In this document: piece after piece, positions 21,028-31,680 of the stretch
Numbering within the stretch: position 1 is the first letter of the stretch
How the letters are laid out: every line of letters begins with the position of its first letter
Source of the DNA: an uncultured bacterium
Lineage (GTDB): Bacteria > Zhuqueibacterota > QNDG01 > DTFT01
Direction of reading: 5' to 3'
DNA: 64,000 nt
Assembly (NCBI GenBank): GCA_963736115.1
Contig: CAVTNR010000012.1
Location: 160,001-224,000 of the forward strand
The notes under the pieces: model-generated
Told to the model about the DNA's origin: nothing
Databases searched by the model: none
The model's input: the letters and a program-made list of their open reading frames with translations, nothing else
Program-made: the position numbers and the translations under genes

Positions 21028-22266
21028 ATGGCGGCCTTTTCGCGCACCGAACTGTCGGAAGGGCTCCGCATCGCCCTGGCCGCGCTCAAGGCCAACCGGA
21101 TGCGGACCATTCTCACCACGCTCGGCATCTTCATCGGCGTCATCGTGGTGACCGTGATCATCTCGGTGATCCAGGGCCTCAACCACTACGTGAGTTCCGA
21201 GTTCTCCAATCTCGGCGCCAACACAATGTACGTGTCCAAGTTCCCGTGGATTATCCGGTCGTGGGAGGAATTCCTCAAGTACCAGGGCCGCAAGGACATC
21301 ACCGAGAAGCATTACCAGCTTCTGGTGAAGAACGCCACGCTCGCTGAAGCCGTGGCCCCCGACCTGGGAACGAGCCGGACGGTCAAGTACCGCACCGAAT
21401 CGTTGAACAATGTATATGTCACCGGCACCACCGAGGCCTACCTGGCCTGCGCCAACACGGTGCCCGAAACCGGCCGGTTCTTCACGGACTCGGATGTGGA
21501 TCTCAACCGGGCCGTGTGCGTAATCGGCTGGGAGGTCCAGGACAAGCTCTTCAAGGGCGAGGACCCCATCGACCGCCGCGTGAAGATCGGGGCACAGCCC
21601 TTCACCGTTGTGGGGGTCATGGAAAAAAGGGGAAACATGTTCGGCCAGAGCATGGACGCCACGGCGTACATCCCCTACACCGCGTTCCAGAAAATGTACG
21701 GGTCCCGCCGGTCGCTCGACATCCAGATCAAGGCGGCGGACGCCGAAAATACGGACGCGCTGATCGATCAGATCACGGGCATCATGCGGCAGGCGCGGGG
21801 GCTGACACCGGGCAAACCGGACGACTTCGCCATCAACCAGCAGAGCCAGATCATGGACGTGTACAACCAGATGACGCGCACGCTGTGGATCGTTCTGATC
21901 GGCATCGGCTCGATCTCCCTGCTCGTGGGCGGCATCGGCATCATGAACATCATGATGGTGTCCGTGTCCGAGCGCACACGGGAAATCGGCATTCGCAAGG
22001 CCATCGGCGCCAAAAAACGGGTCATCCTGTGGCAGTTTCTCATGGAATCGATCGTGATCTCCGGCCTGGGCGTGACCATCGGCATCCTCTTCTCGCTCGG
22101 CATCGCCCTGCTGATTCGCGCGGTTTCGCCCATCCCCGTGTACATTTCGACTTACGTGCTGTTCCTGGGTGTCGGTTTTACGCTGACCATCGGCCTTTTC
22201 TTCGGCATTTACCCGGCATCCAAAGCCGCGCGGCTCGATCCCATTGTGGCGCTGCGGTACGAGTGA
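21028..22266 (+). CDS. ABC transporter permease (MacB/FtsX type)
   Basis: RTILTTLGIFIGV; GGIGIMNIMMVSVSERTREIGIRKAIGA; LDPIVALRYE. Confidence 0.93.
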   Translation: MAAFSRTELSEGLRIALAALKANRMRTILTTLGIFIGVIVVTVIISVIQGLNHYVSSEFSNLGANTMYVSKFPWIIRSWEEFLKYQGRKDITEKHYQLLVKNATLAEAVAPDLGTSRTVKYRTESLNNVYVTGTTEAYLACANTVPETGRFFTDSDVDLNRAVCVIGWEVQDKLFKGEDPIDRRVKIGAQPFTVVGVMEKRGNMFGQSMDATAYIPYTAFQKMYGSRRSLDIQIKAADAENTDALIDQITGIMRQARGLTPGKPDDFAINQQSQIMDVYNQMTRTLWIVLIGIGSISLLVGGIGIMNIMMVSVSERTREIGIRKAIGAKKRVILWQFLMESIVISGLGVTIGILFSLGIALLIRAVSPIPVYISTYVLFLGVGFTLTIGLFFGIYPASKAARLDPIVALRYE

Positions 22267-22300
22267 CCTTTCCCCCCGCACGCCGCCAGGAGCAAACAGG

Positions 22301-23551
22301 ATGCAGACCAAGGAAACCCTTCAGAAACTGCGTGAAAGCCTGACCATCGCGCTGGACATCATCCGGACGCACAAGTTGCGTTCGTTCCTCACCCTCCTGG
22401 GCATCATCATCGGCGTCATGGCCATCATCGGCATGCAGAGCCTCATCGAAGGCCTGCAGAAGGACATGCAGCGCCAGATGGAACAGCTCGGATCGAACGT
22501 GTTCCAGGTCCAGAAATACCCGGCGATGGAGCACCGCGAGCACGGCGGAGACAACCCCTACCGCAACCGGAAGGACATCACGCTCGTCGAAGCCGCGGCC
22601 ATCGAAGAGCACTGCGACCTCGTGACCAACGTGGGCCCCGAGGCGTGGCAGATGGGCGTGACGGTCAAATTCGCCGACCGGAAGACCAGCCCCACCGTTC
22701 AGATGGGCGGCGGCGTGCCCGCCTTTTTCGCGAACAACGGGTATTTCGTCCAGGACGGCCGGGCCGTGACGGATATGGACGTCCAGAGCGCGCGTTCGGT
22801 GGCGGTGCTCGGCCAGGACATCGCCGAGGAGCTGTTTCCGTTCCGCAATCCGGTCGGCGAGTCGGTGATCGTGGACGGCCGCCGGTACGACGTTATCGGC
22901 GTTCTCGAGAAACTCGGCCAGTCGTTCGGCCGAAGCCGCGACAATGTCGTCATCATTCCGCTCACAACGCTGATGAAATACTACGGCAAGGAACGTTCCC
23001 TGAATATCACCATCCAGGCCAAGGACGCGACCCGCATCGAGGAGGCCAAGGAGCAGGTGATCGGCGTCCTCCGCGCGGTCCGCAAGGTCGCGCCGGGCAG
23101 GGACAATGATTTCGAGATCTGGTCCAGCGCCACGCTGGTGGATTCGTTCAACAATATGACCCGCGCCATCCGCATCGGCGCCATCGTGATCGTCTCGTTC
23201 TCCCTGCTCGTGGCGGGAATCGGGATCATGAACATCATGCTGGTGTCGATTTCCGAGCGGATCCGGGAAATCGGCATTCGGATGGCGGTCGGCGCCAACC
23301 GGCGCGACATCATGCTGCAGTTCCTCGTCGAGGCCGTCCTTCTTTCGGAGGTGGGCGGCATCATCGGCATCCTCGCGGGTATCGGCATCGGCCAGCTCGT
23401 AGCGCTGGTCTCGCCCGTCCCGGCGTCGATTCCGGTGCCGTGGATCCTGATCGGATTCTTCTTCTGTTCCCTGGTCGGCCTGGGATTCGGACTGTATCCC
23501 GCGCGCAAGGCGGCCAAACTCGATCCCATCACCGCGCTCCGATACGAGTGA
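22301..23551 (+). CDS. ABC transporter permease (MacB/FtsX type), second copy
   Basis: RSFLTLLGIIIGV; GIGIMNIMLVSISERIREIGIRMAVGA; LDPITALRYE. Confidence 0.93.
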   Translation: MQTKETLQKLRESLTIALDIIRTHKLRSFLTLLGIIIGVMAIIGMQSLIEGLQKDMQRQMEQLGSNVFQVQKYPAMEHREHGGDNPYRNRKDITLVEAAAIEEHCDLVTNVGPEAWQMGVTVKFADRKTSPTVQMGGGVPAFFANNGYFVQDGRAVTDMDVQSARSVAVLGQDIAEELFPFRNPVGESVIVDGRRYDVIGVLEKLGQSFGRSRDNVVIIPLTTLMKYYGKERSLNITIQAKDATRIEEAKEQVIGVLRAVRKVAPGRDNDFEIWSSATLVDSFNNMTRAIRIGAIVIVSFSLLVAGIGIMNIMLVSISERIREIGIRMAVGANRRDIMLQFLVEAVLLSEVGGIIGILAGIGIGQLVALVSPVPASIPVPWILIGFFFCSLVGLGFGLYPARKAAKLDPITALRYE

Positions 23552-23611
23552 CCGGCGCTCCGGCTTTGACTCTGACGGTCGGAACGGCCGTCACCGAGAA
23601 AGGATTCAACC

Positions 23612-23959
23612 ATGAAGATCAATGAAAGAACAGTCGATTCCATCCTGGTGCTGGCGCCGGAGGGGGAGATCATGGGGGGCGAAGAGACCCATCCGGTGCA
23701 GGACCGCGTATACAAGGCGATCCGGGATGGACAGACCTTCCTCGTCCTGGACATGAAGGATGTAAGCTGGATCAACAGCTCCGGCCTTGGCGCGCTCATG
23801 GCCTGTCTGACCACGCTGAGAGGAAGCGGCGGCGACCTCCGGCTGGCGCGCGTTTCGGACCGCGTCCGCCGTCCCATCACCATCACGCGGCTGGACCAGG
23901 TGCTGATGATGTTCGGTACGGTCGAAGAAGCGCTGAAGGGATTCGGAGAGGGGGCCTGA
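23612..23959 (+). CDS. STAS domain anti-sigma factor antagonist
   Basis: VLDMKDVSWINSSGLGALM...GGDLRL. Confidence 0.9.
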   Translation: MKINERTVDSILVLAPEGEIMGGEETHPVQDRVYKAIRDGQTFLVLDMKDVSWINSSGLGALMACLTTLRGSGGDLRLARVSDRVRRPITITRLDQVLMMFGTVEEALKGFGEGA

Positions 23960-23960
23960 C

Positions 23961-24524
23961 ATGGCGAAATGGACCCGGGAGCAGATCGTCGCCAAGGTGC
24001 AGAAGGGCGAATCGTTCGCTGAAACGGACCTTTCCGGAACGGACCTGTCCTACGCCTTCCTCAAAGGCGCGGACTTCCGCGGCGCGAACCTGTCGAACTG
24101 CACGATTCAGAACGCGAACCTGGAAAAAGCGAACCTCAAGGGAGCCAATCTGGAGAACGCGTTTCTGTTCGGTTCGAACCTCAAAGAGGTTAATTTCGAG
24201 GGCGCTCGCCTGAGCGGCGCCAACCTGCAGGACACCAACCTGGAGAAATCCCGGCTCAAGGGCGTGAACCTCGCGGGCCTGTCGCTTTTCGGCGCCCAGC
24301 TCAACCAGGCGAACCTGGAAGGGGCGAATCTGACCGGTATCAAACTGAAGCGGGCCAACCTGGTGGGCGCGAACCTGGCAGGCGCGGACTGCCGCGAGGC
24401 CCATTTTCAACGCGCGGTTCTGCGCGACGCGGACCTGACCGGCGCGGATCTGACCGGCGCCAACATCAAATTCGCGGATCTGGAAGGCGCCAAAGGCGCG
24501 AACCTGAAGGGGACGGTGCAGTAA
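23961..24524 (+). CDS. Pentapeptide repeat protein
   Basis: Nearly the whole protein is A(N/D)Lxx repeats. Confidence 0.92.
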   Translation: MAKWTREQIVAKVQKGESFAETDLSGTDLSYAFLKGADFRGANLSNCTIQNANLEKANLKGANLENAFLFGSNLKEVNFEGARLSGANLQDTNLEKSRLKGVNLAGLSLFGAQLNQANLEGANLTGIKLKRANLVGANLAGADCREAHFQRAVLRDADLTGADLTGANIKFADLEGAKGANLKGTVQ

Positions 24525-24554
24525 ACCCTGTATTGGAATTAACTTTGTCGATTC

Positions 24555-24583
24555 AAAAGGCCCGCAGCAATGCGGGCCTTTTT
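24555..24583 (+). terminator. Rho-independent terminator
   Basis: AAAAGGCCCGCA-GCAA-TGCGGGCCTTTTT. Confidence 0.85.
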
Positions 24584-24609
24584 ATTCGGCGGACTCCTGT
24601 ATTTGACAT

Positions 24610-24638
24610 TTGCAAATGCCGGTTTTTTTCGTTAAAAT
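24610..24638 (+). promoter_or_regulatory. sigma70-type promoter of fni
   Basis: TTGCAA-N17-TAAAAT, 9 nt before the ATG. Confidence 0.55.
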
Positions 24639-24647
24639 AAGATTAAT

Positions 24648-25679
24648 ATGACCATTTCCAAACGTAAACGCGAACACATCGACATCGCACTGAAACGCGA
24701 CGTCGCATTCCGGGACAAAACGTCCGGTTTTGAGGCCTGGGACTTCGTTCACTGCGCGCTTCCCGAAACCGCATTCGACTCGGTCGACACCCGCATCGAA
24801 TTCCTCGGCCGCAGCCTCTCCTTTCCCTTCATGGTGTCCGCCATGACCGGCGGATTCAGGGGAGCGGCGGACATCAACCGCAGGCTGGCCGAGGTCTGCC
24901 AGGCCGAAAGGGTTGCTCTCGGCGTGGGCAGTCAGAGGCAGGCATTCGAGAACAGCCGGCATCTGGAGACGTTCCGCATCGTCCGGCGCCTGGCACCCGA
25001 TATCCCGGTGGTGGGCAATATCGGCGCCAGCGAGATCGCCCGCCTATCCGATTTTTCGCCGGTCGAGGCGATGGTCGATCTGGTGGCCGCGGACGCGATG
25101 GCCGTTCATCTGAACCCCCTCCAGGAACTGCTCCAGCCCGAAGGCAACCGCGATTTCAGCGGCGTCCTGGCCGCGATCGGCCGGCTCGCGGCCGCGCTTT
25201 CCGTGCCCGTGATCGTAGAGGAAGTCGGCTGCGGCATTTCCGCGGAAACCGCGCGCCGCCTCATCGAGGCGGGCGTCTCCTGGATCGACGTGGCCGGCGC
25301 AGGCGGCACATCCTGGACCGGCATTGAATCGCATCGATGCGGCGGCCGCGGACACATGGCCGGCGCTTTCTGGGACTGGGGCATTCCCACAGCCGTGTCC
25401 ATCCGCATGGTCCGGAGCCTGCCTGGCGCGGCCGTGATCGCGTCGGGCGGCATCCGGAACGGACTGGAGGCGGCCAAGGCGGTTGCACTCGGCGCGGAGC
25501 TCTGCGGCGCGGCCATGCCCGTTCTCCGCTCCCTGGACGCCGGGCCGCGGGGACTCGTCCGGCTGATTTCCGAGTGGCGGGAACAGTTCAAGGCCGTCCT
25601 TTATCTCACGGCCAGCCGCACCAGCGCGGATCTGCGCAGGCCGGGCGTGCTCCGGCCCGCGAAAGCGGAGGCGCCTTGA
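24648..25679 (+). CDS. fni: Type 2 isopentenyl-diphosphate delta-isomerase
   Basis: RKREHI, SAMTGG, GVGSQR, HLNPLQE, DVAGAGGTSW, ASGGIRNG. Confidence 0.93.
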   Translation: MTISKRKREHIDIALKRDVAFRDKTSGFEAWDFVHCALPETAFDSVDTRIEFLGRSLSFPFMVSAMTGGFRGAADINRRLAEVCQAERVALGVGSQRQAFENSRHLETFRIVRRLAPDIPVVGNIGASEIARLSDFSPVEAMVDLVAADAMAVHLNPLQELLQPEGNRDFSGVLAAIGRLAAALSVPVIVEEVGCGISAETARRLIEAGVSWIDVAGAGGTSWTGIESHRCGGRGHMAGAFWDWGIPTAVSIRMVRSLPGAAVIASGGIRNGLEAAKAVALGAELCGAAMPVLRSLDAGPRGLVRLISEWREQFKAVLYLTASRTSADLRRPGVLRPAKAEAP

Positions 25680-26653
25680 CCCTGAAACCCGGGATGCTGG
25701 ACCTCCTCCGCAGGATCGAGGAACCGATTCTGAACCGTTTCTCCGGCCGTTCACCGCGGGAGCTCTATGAACCCATGGCGTATCTGCTCGAAGCCGGCGG
25801 CAAGCGCATCCGCCCGCTCCTGCTGATCCTGTCCTGCGAATCCACGAGCGGATCCATCGACTCCTGCCTGGATGCGGCCGTGGCCGTGGAACTCCTCCAC
25901 ACTTTCACGCTGGTGCATGACGACATCATGGACCGCGACGGCCTGCGCCGCGGCCGGCCGACGGTGCACGTCAAATGGGACGAAGCCACGGCCATACTCG
26001 CGGGCGACGGGCTCGTCACCGCCGCTTACGAGAGCCTCATCCGGACATCACATCCGAACGCGGCCATCGTCATCCGCCGGTTCACCGACAGCCTGACGGG
26101 CCTGTGCGAAGGCCAGGCCCTGGACAAGCTGTTCGAATCCCGCGACGCGGTGACGCCCGGCGAATATCTGGACATGATCGAAAAGAAAACGGGGCGGCTC
26201 ATCGAAGCCTCCTGCGGCATCGGAGCCCTGCTGGGGAGCGGAACTGAGGACGAAACCGCAGGCCTGGAGCGTTTCGGCGCCGGCCTGGGCCGGGCTTTCC
26301 AGATCCAGGACGATTTACTCGACGTGGCCGCGGACGGCGAACAGTTGGGCAAGCCCCTGTGCAGCGACATTGTCGCCGGCAAGAAGACTTTCCTGACCGT
26401 TCATTTCGCGTCCTGCGCGGACAATGGGATGAGAAAGAGGCTGGAATCGTTCAGGGGACGGGCAGGTTGGTCAAACGCGGATACGGCGGAAGTCCGGGAT
26501 CTGCTGGCCTCCGCAGGATCCTTTGACGCGGCCCGCAGGGCCGTGGCCGAAAGCACGAATCAGGCGCTCGAGGCTCTGGACCGGATACGGCCTTCCCGAA
26601 GCCGCGATGATTTGAGGGAACTTGCCTTGTCCCTGGTGGAAAGGGCCTCCTGA
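25676..26653 (+). CDS. Polyprenyl (GGPP-type) synthase
   Basis: TTG start overlapping the fni stop, GGAGG RBS; GGKRIRP, LVHDDIMD...RRG, GQALD, FQIQDDLLD. Confidence 0.92.
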   Translation: MTLKPGMLDLLRRIEEPILNRFSGRSPRELYEPMAYLLEAGGKRIRPLLLILSCESTSGSIDSCLDAAVAVELLHTFTLVHDDIMDRDGLRRGRPTVHVKWDEATAILAGDGLVTAAYESLIRTSHPNAAIVIRRFTDSLTGLCEGQALDKLFESRDAVTPGEYLDMIEKKTGRLIEASCGIGALLGSGTEDETAGLERFGAGLGRAFQIQDDLLDVAADGEQLGKPLCSDIVAGKKTFLTVHFASCADNGMRKRLESFRGRAGWSNADTAEVRDLLASAGSFDAARRAVAESTNQALEALDRIRPSRSRDDLRELALSLVERAS

Positions 26654-26816
26654 GGCCGGTCCGATCTATTCCGCATCGGAGAGTCCGGCGGACATTCCGG
26701 ATGCAACCGTCTGCGCATATGAAACCCGCGGCCCAGGCCGCGGGTTTTTCATTTCCGGACCGAATGCGGAAACAAGTTGCTCCGGCTCCGGGAGCGAGAA
26801 TTCCCGTCCAGCCGGC

Positions 26817-26975
26817 CTAAAACAGGGCGTAGATGAAAGTGGCGAGAGCCGATCCCTCGGTGGCCACGATCAGCGCGCCGAGCAGAACGAGAAATACCAC
26901 GATCGGCGTCAGCCACCACTTTTTCCGCACTTTCAGAAACTGCCAGAATTCCTTCAGAATGGAAGTCTTGGACAT
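26817..26975 (-). CDS. Small membrane protein, DUF5989/SxtK-like (52 aa)
   Basis: Below the ORF-track cutoff; MSKTSILKEFWQFLKVRKKWWLTPIVVFLVLLGALIVATEGSALATFIYALF. Confidence 0.85.
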   Translation of the reverse strand: MSKTSILKEFWQFLKVRKKWWLTPIVVFLVLLGALIVATEGSALATFIYALF

Positions 26976-26986
26976 GCATTCCCCGT

Positions 26987-27391
26987 TCAGAATTGGTTTT
27001 CAAAGGACGCGGGATCGTCGAATTTTTTCCCGCGGGTAATCCAGTAACTGGACGCCTTCGGATCCGGCGCCATCGGCATCGGCCCGCGTCCGACGGCCTT
27101 CCGGATCAGGGCGATGGGCGTCAACATCGCATAGAACAGGACCGCGAGTATCACCCGCGTCGAGTTCCATCCCAGTATTTCCCCGAGAACCAGAAACAGG
27201 ATGAACAGCGGCTTCAGCGCCGCGGGCAGTGCGAGCCCCAATCCCGCGGAAACGGCACCTGCGGTCAGAAAATAAACCGCAGCCGGCCGGCCCTTCAGGA
27301 TCTGAATGACGGCTACGACGCAGAGAATGATGCCGAGTCCGATTCCGAACTTGCGCCATTCCTTGCGGTTGTTGAATTTGCTTTTATCCAT
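26987..27391 (-). CDS. SxtJ-family membrane protein
   Basis: EWRKFGIGLG...LGEILGWNSTRVILAVLFYAMLTPIALI...SYWI...FENQF. Confidence 0.85.
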   Translation of the reverse strand: MDKSKFNNRKEWRKFGIGLGIILCVVAVIQILKGRPAAVYFLTAGAVSAGLGLALPAALKPLFILFLVLGEILGWNSTRVILAVLFYAMLTPIALIRKAVGRGPMPMAPDPKASSYWITRGKKFDDPASFENQF

Positions 27392-27564
27392 GCGTCTTCC
27401 CTGGCCGTTTAAACACACGATTCGATCCTTCAGGTGCACATCGATTTACACTGCTGCGCAGGATCGCCGGAACCGGACCGTATAATCCGGGTGCCTCGCG
27501 CTTCGCCCTTTGCGCCATGCGCTTTGCGGCGGCTTCCCTGCATTCGGCGGATCCGTCGGTTCAA

Positions 27565-29388
27565 TCAGTCCAGCGCGAACCGCTTGCGCCAGTCCGGGTC
27601 GTCCTCGAAAGCGGGTTGTCCGGCTTTGTCGAGCAGGCAGTCGCCCAGGACCAGCGCGTCCATGTCCGTGCGCATGAAGCACGCATAAGCCTCGGACGGC
27701 GAACAGACCAGCGGTTCTCCACGCACGTTGAACGACGTGTTGACCAGGACCGGGCATCCCGTCAGCCGGTTGAACTCGGCCAGCAGGCTATGGAATCGCG
27801 GGTTCGTCTCCGCGTTCACGGTCTGGAGACGCGCCGAATAATCGACGTGCGTGACCGCCGGAATGTCCGAACGGGAAACGTTCAGCCGGTCGATGCCGAA
27901 CCGGGACGAATCCTCCTCCGGTCTCAGGTTTCCGTAGCTCCTTGCGCACGTCCGCGACCAGGAGCATGTAGGGGCTGGGCCTGTCGATTTCAAAATACCG
28001 GCCGGCTTCCGTCTCCAGAACGGCAGGCGCGAATGGACGGAACGATTCCCGGAACTTGATTTTGAGATTCATCACTTTCTGCATCACCGGCGAACGGGGA
28101 TCGCCCAGAATACTGCGGCATCCCAGTGCGCGCGGGCCGAATTCCATGCGGCCGCTGAACCAGCCCACCACCTTCCCGGCGGCGAGCCTTTCCGCGGTCT
28201 CCCGGATCAGGACCTCTTCACCGGGCGCATCGATACGGGCGCGCCCCGGCCGTCGAGAAACGCCCGGATCCCGGTTTCGTCCGGGGCCGGACCCAGCAGG
28301 GATCCGGACTGACTGTCCCGGACGCCGTCCGCTTCGCGGGGTTGTCCGTTATACTCGTGCCACACCGCCAGGGCCGCGCCGAGCGCGCCCCCGGCATCGC
28401 CGGACGCGGGCTGTATCCAGATGTCCCGGAACAGGTTCTCGCGGAGAATCCGTCCGTTCGCCACGCAGTTCAGGGCCACGCCGCCAGCCAGGCACAACCG
28501 GTCCGATCCGGTCTCCTTCTTCGCGAATGCCGCCAGTTTCAGCATCGCAGTCTCGACCACGTCCTGCACGGACCGGGCCAGGTCCATGTCGCGCTGGGTC
28601 AGGGGCGTCTCGGGCTTGCGCGGCGGCCCTCCGAACAGGCGGTGGAACCGGGGATGCGTCATGGTGAGCCCGGCGCAGTAGTTGAAGTATTTCATGTTCA
28701 GACGGAAGGAGCCGTCCGGCTTCAGATCGATGAGATGGTCGAGAATTTTCTGAACATACACGGGCCTGCCGTACGGGGCGAGCCCCATGACCTTGTATTC
28801 CCCTGAATTGACCTTGAACCCGGTGTAATAGGTGAACGCGGAATACAGCATGCCGAGGGAATGCGGAAAATGAATCTCCTTCAGCAACGTAATCCGGTTG
28901 TCCCGGCCGAGACCCACGCTCGTGGTGGCCCATTCACCCACGCCGTCCGCAGTGACCACGGCCGCCTCCCGGAAAGGCGACGGGAAAAACGCGGAGGCTG
29001 CATGTGCCTGGTGATGCTCGGTGAACAGCACTCGGCCTTTGTATCCGGCCAGCGCTTCCTCGATCAGGCTCTTCATCCACATCTTGCGCTTGATCCACAG
29101 AGGCATCGAGGCGATGAAAGACCGGATTCCGGCAGGCGCCGTGGCCATGTAGGTCTCGAGAATACGCTCGAATTTCAGGAAGGGCTTGTCGTAGAAAACC
29201 ACAGCGTCGAGGTCCGGGGCCCGTATTCCCGCCTCCCGCAGGCAGGCATCGACCGCATGGGCCGGAAAACGCCAGTCGTGCTTGACCCTGGAGAAACGCT
29301 CCTCCTGGCTGGCCGCGACAATCGCGCCGTCGCGGACCAGGGCCGCGGCGCTGTCATGGTAGAAGGCGGATATGCCCAGAATATGCAT
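27565..29388 (-). CDS. O-carbamoyltransferase (NodU/CmcH/SxtI family), broken by frameshifts near 28235 and 27920
   Basis: Three consecutive ORFs: ILGISAFYHDSAAA...EERFSRVKH...GEYKVMGLAPYG; GRMEFGPRALG...RESFRPFAP; IPAVTHVDYSARLQT...NTSFNVRGEP. Confidence 0.9.
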
Positions 29389-29411
29389 GTCTGTTTTCCG
29401 TCGATTCCGGT

Positions 29412-31600
29412 TCAGCGGCCGGCTGCTGCGGCGATGGCCCGGTTCAGGGATGGGAGTCCCGGATGACCGGGCCGGATCTGTCCGACTGCCCGGGCCGCGG
29501 CTTCGGCGCGGCCGATGTCGCCGGTTTGCGCGTAGGCCAGTCCGAGATGGACCAGAACCTCGGGATTGTTCGGCGAAAGCCGCGCCGCGGCTTCGAGATG
29601 CGGCACTGCGTCATCCGGCTTGCGGAGTTCCAGGTCGATCCGGCCGGTCCAGAAATGGGCTTCCGCGGATTCGCGTATCGAAAGCGATTTCTCGAGCGCG
29701 GCTCCCGCGCCTTCCCAGTCGCGCCGCTCGAAACGAGACCGCGCTTCACGGAGAAGATCACCGGCCTCGGAGCGCACGGCGGACGGGCCGGCGGACGGAG
29801 CACGGAGGTTTCCTGATTCCGCTGTCTGGATTCCGGCCTTGCGGAGAAACGGTTCAGCTTCCTCCCTTTTCCCCAGGGCCAGGAGCAGGCGTCCGATGCG
29901 TCCGTCGTCGGAAGGGGATTCCCGGAAACCGCGTAGGAACAGCAGGAGGGAAATCGCCAGATCCGGCCGGTTCATCGCGGCCGCGGCCCGAAGCCCGGCC
30001 TCCTCGAAATCCGGCTCATTCGGGATGATCGCGGCCAGGGCCCGGTACTCGGTGAAGGCCCGCATCCAATCCCCGGACCGCTCGTACCGCCGGGCCAGTT
30101 GTACGTGCCCGGCTTCCAGGGTTTTCTTGCGCAGGGAGACGATTTCCACGGCCAGGGACTCGGCCGCTGTCGAGGGACGGACGCCCGACAGGCCGGTGTG
30201 GGTCTCGGTCTTGGGCCTGAACGGCCAACCGTTCTTCAGATAGCGGATGCCCATGTCCGCGTAAGCGGAATCAAGGCTGGTCATGCCCCAGTCCTTCCGC
30301 CATTCCGCTGAGGAGCGGCCCTCGATCCATTTTTCCGAGAAGAGCCGGTTCCGCTTCAGTGTTTCGAAAAAAGCGTCCGCCATGAGAAAATACCCGTCCG
30401 CGTTCGGATGCAGGTGATCTGCCATGAGACCGTCGCCGACAAGCCCGTTCGGCGAATCGGACTCGAAGACTGGCCTTCATCGGCGACGACCGGGCAATCG
30501 GATTCCGCGGCTGTGGACCGGATGACGGTATTCCATTCCTCCGAGGCCCGGAACCGGACCGCATCCCTGTCCTTTGCGTTCAGGTATGCTTCTTTTGCCT
30601 CGGCAAACCGGCCGAGTGATTCGAACCGCTTTGCCTGCTCGAACGCCCGTTTTGCGGACATGGATGTGTCCGTTTCGATCGAGGCAAAGGGCGCCTGATC
30701 CCGCACATTCGACACCAGCTCGGACAGCAAAACCGGTACGCCCTGTCTGGTTGCGGCTTGGACAATGGCGGAAAGGTTCGACTCGAATTGTCGCTTCCCC
30801 TTTTCATACAGGGGACCTTTGTAGGGTATTTCCTCATCCGCGACAATACGCTCCATGAGCGTGATGTTCTCTTCCGGAAGCGCGTCTTTCCGGTTCTTCA
30901 GAATCATCCGCACCCGAACTCTGCCGATCAGATCCCGCAGGGCCAGGAAAAGCTTGAAACGCTCGAGTTTCAGATACGCGCGGACCAGCCTGGGATTCCG
31001 GCCCAGGGATTCCATTGAAGCCACGGCCATGGCGCCGTAAAATTCATTGTGCCCTGCGTACACGAGAACCGCGTCCGGCTTCTGCCTGAGAAGCTCAGGC
31101 ATGAAGTCGTTCATGGCATAGGTGCTGATCGCGGACATGCCGAGGTTCACCACCTCAACGCGCCTGTCAGGTAGGGCTTCCGCGAGACGTGCGTGCAGGA
31201 TGCGTGAGAATGTGAGGTTGTTGCCGTAGGGAAAGCCGGCGGCCGAGGATTCGCCCAGGACGAAAAGGCGCACACCGTTTTCCGGTTTGGTCTTGAGGAA
31301 CAGGTCCTTGGGCGCGGCTGGAATCACGGACTGCATGTAGAAGAAACGCCGGGCCACCTTGGGATTGACACGGAAATACTGCGGGAGCTCCTCCGCGGCC
31401 GTGATGAAGAGACGCGTATCGTCCCCGTAACCGAAGGTCCGCAGTCCGGCTTCGACCAGTCCGAGGATCAGAAAAGGGATGAGTACGAGCAGGACGCTGA
31501 ACAGTATTTTTCTGGACCGCGTGATCGGAGTGGTCTGATTTCCGGCCTGATCCTCTGCGGAATCGTGCCCGGTGGACTTTTTATGATGTTTTCGAGACAA
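29412..31600 (-). CDS. Membrane-anchored SGNH/GDSL-type hydrolase with TPR repeats; two 1-nt insertions near 30471 and 30484
   Basis: TM anchor, VLGESSAAG, YAGHNEFYG; removing the two bases gives VVPMKAVFESDSPNGLVGDGLMADHLHPN (DxxH); C-terminal TPRs. Confidence 0.82.
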
Positions 31601-31627
31601 CGCAACTCCTTGAAAATATAGGCCAAA

Positions 31628-31656
31628 AAGTTACGACTTTTTCAGGCGGGAGTCAA
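31628..31656 (-). promoter_or_regulatory. sigma70-type promoter of the SGNH-carbamoyltransferase operon
   Basis: TTGACT-N17-TAACTT. Confidence 0.5.
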
Positions 31657-31680
31657 CAGGAAAGTTCGACCCGGGGTGCC

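Noticed and set aside
23961-24524. Qnr-type quinolone resistance gene
   Set aside because: Generic A(N/D)Lxx repeats; no Qnr-specific features recognised
26817-29388. Saxitoxin biosynthesis
   Set aside because: No sxtA, sxtG or other core genes in the window; the I/J/K module occurs outside toxin clusters
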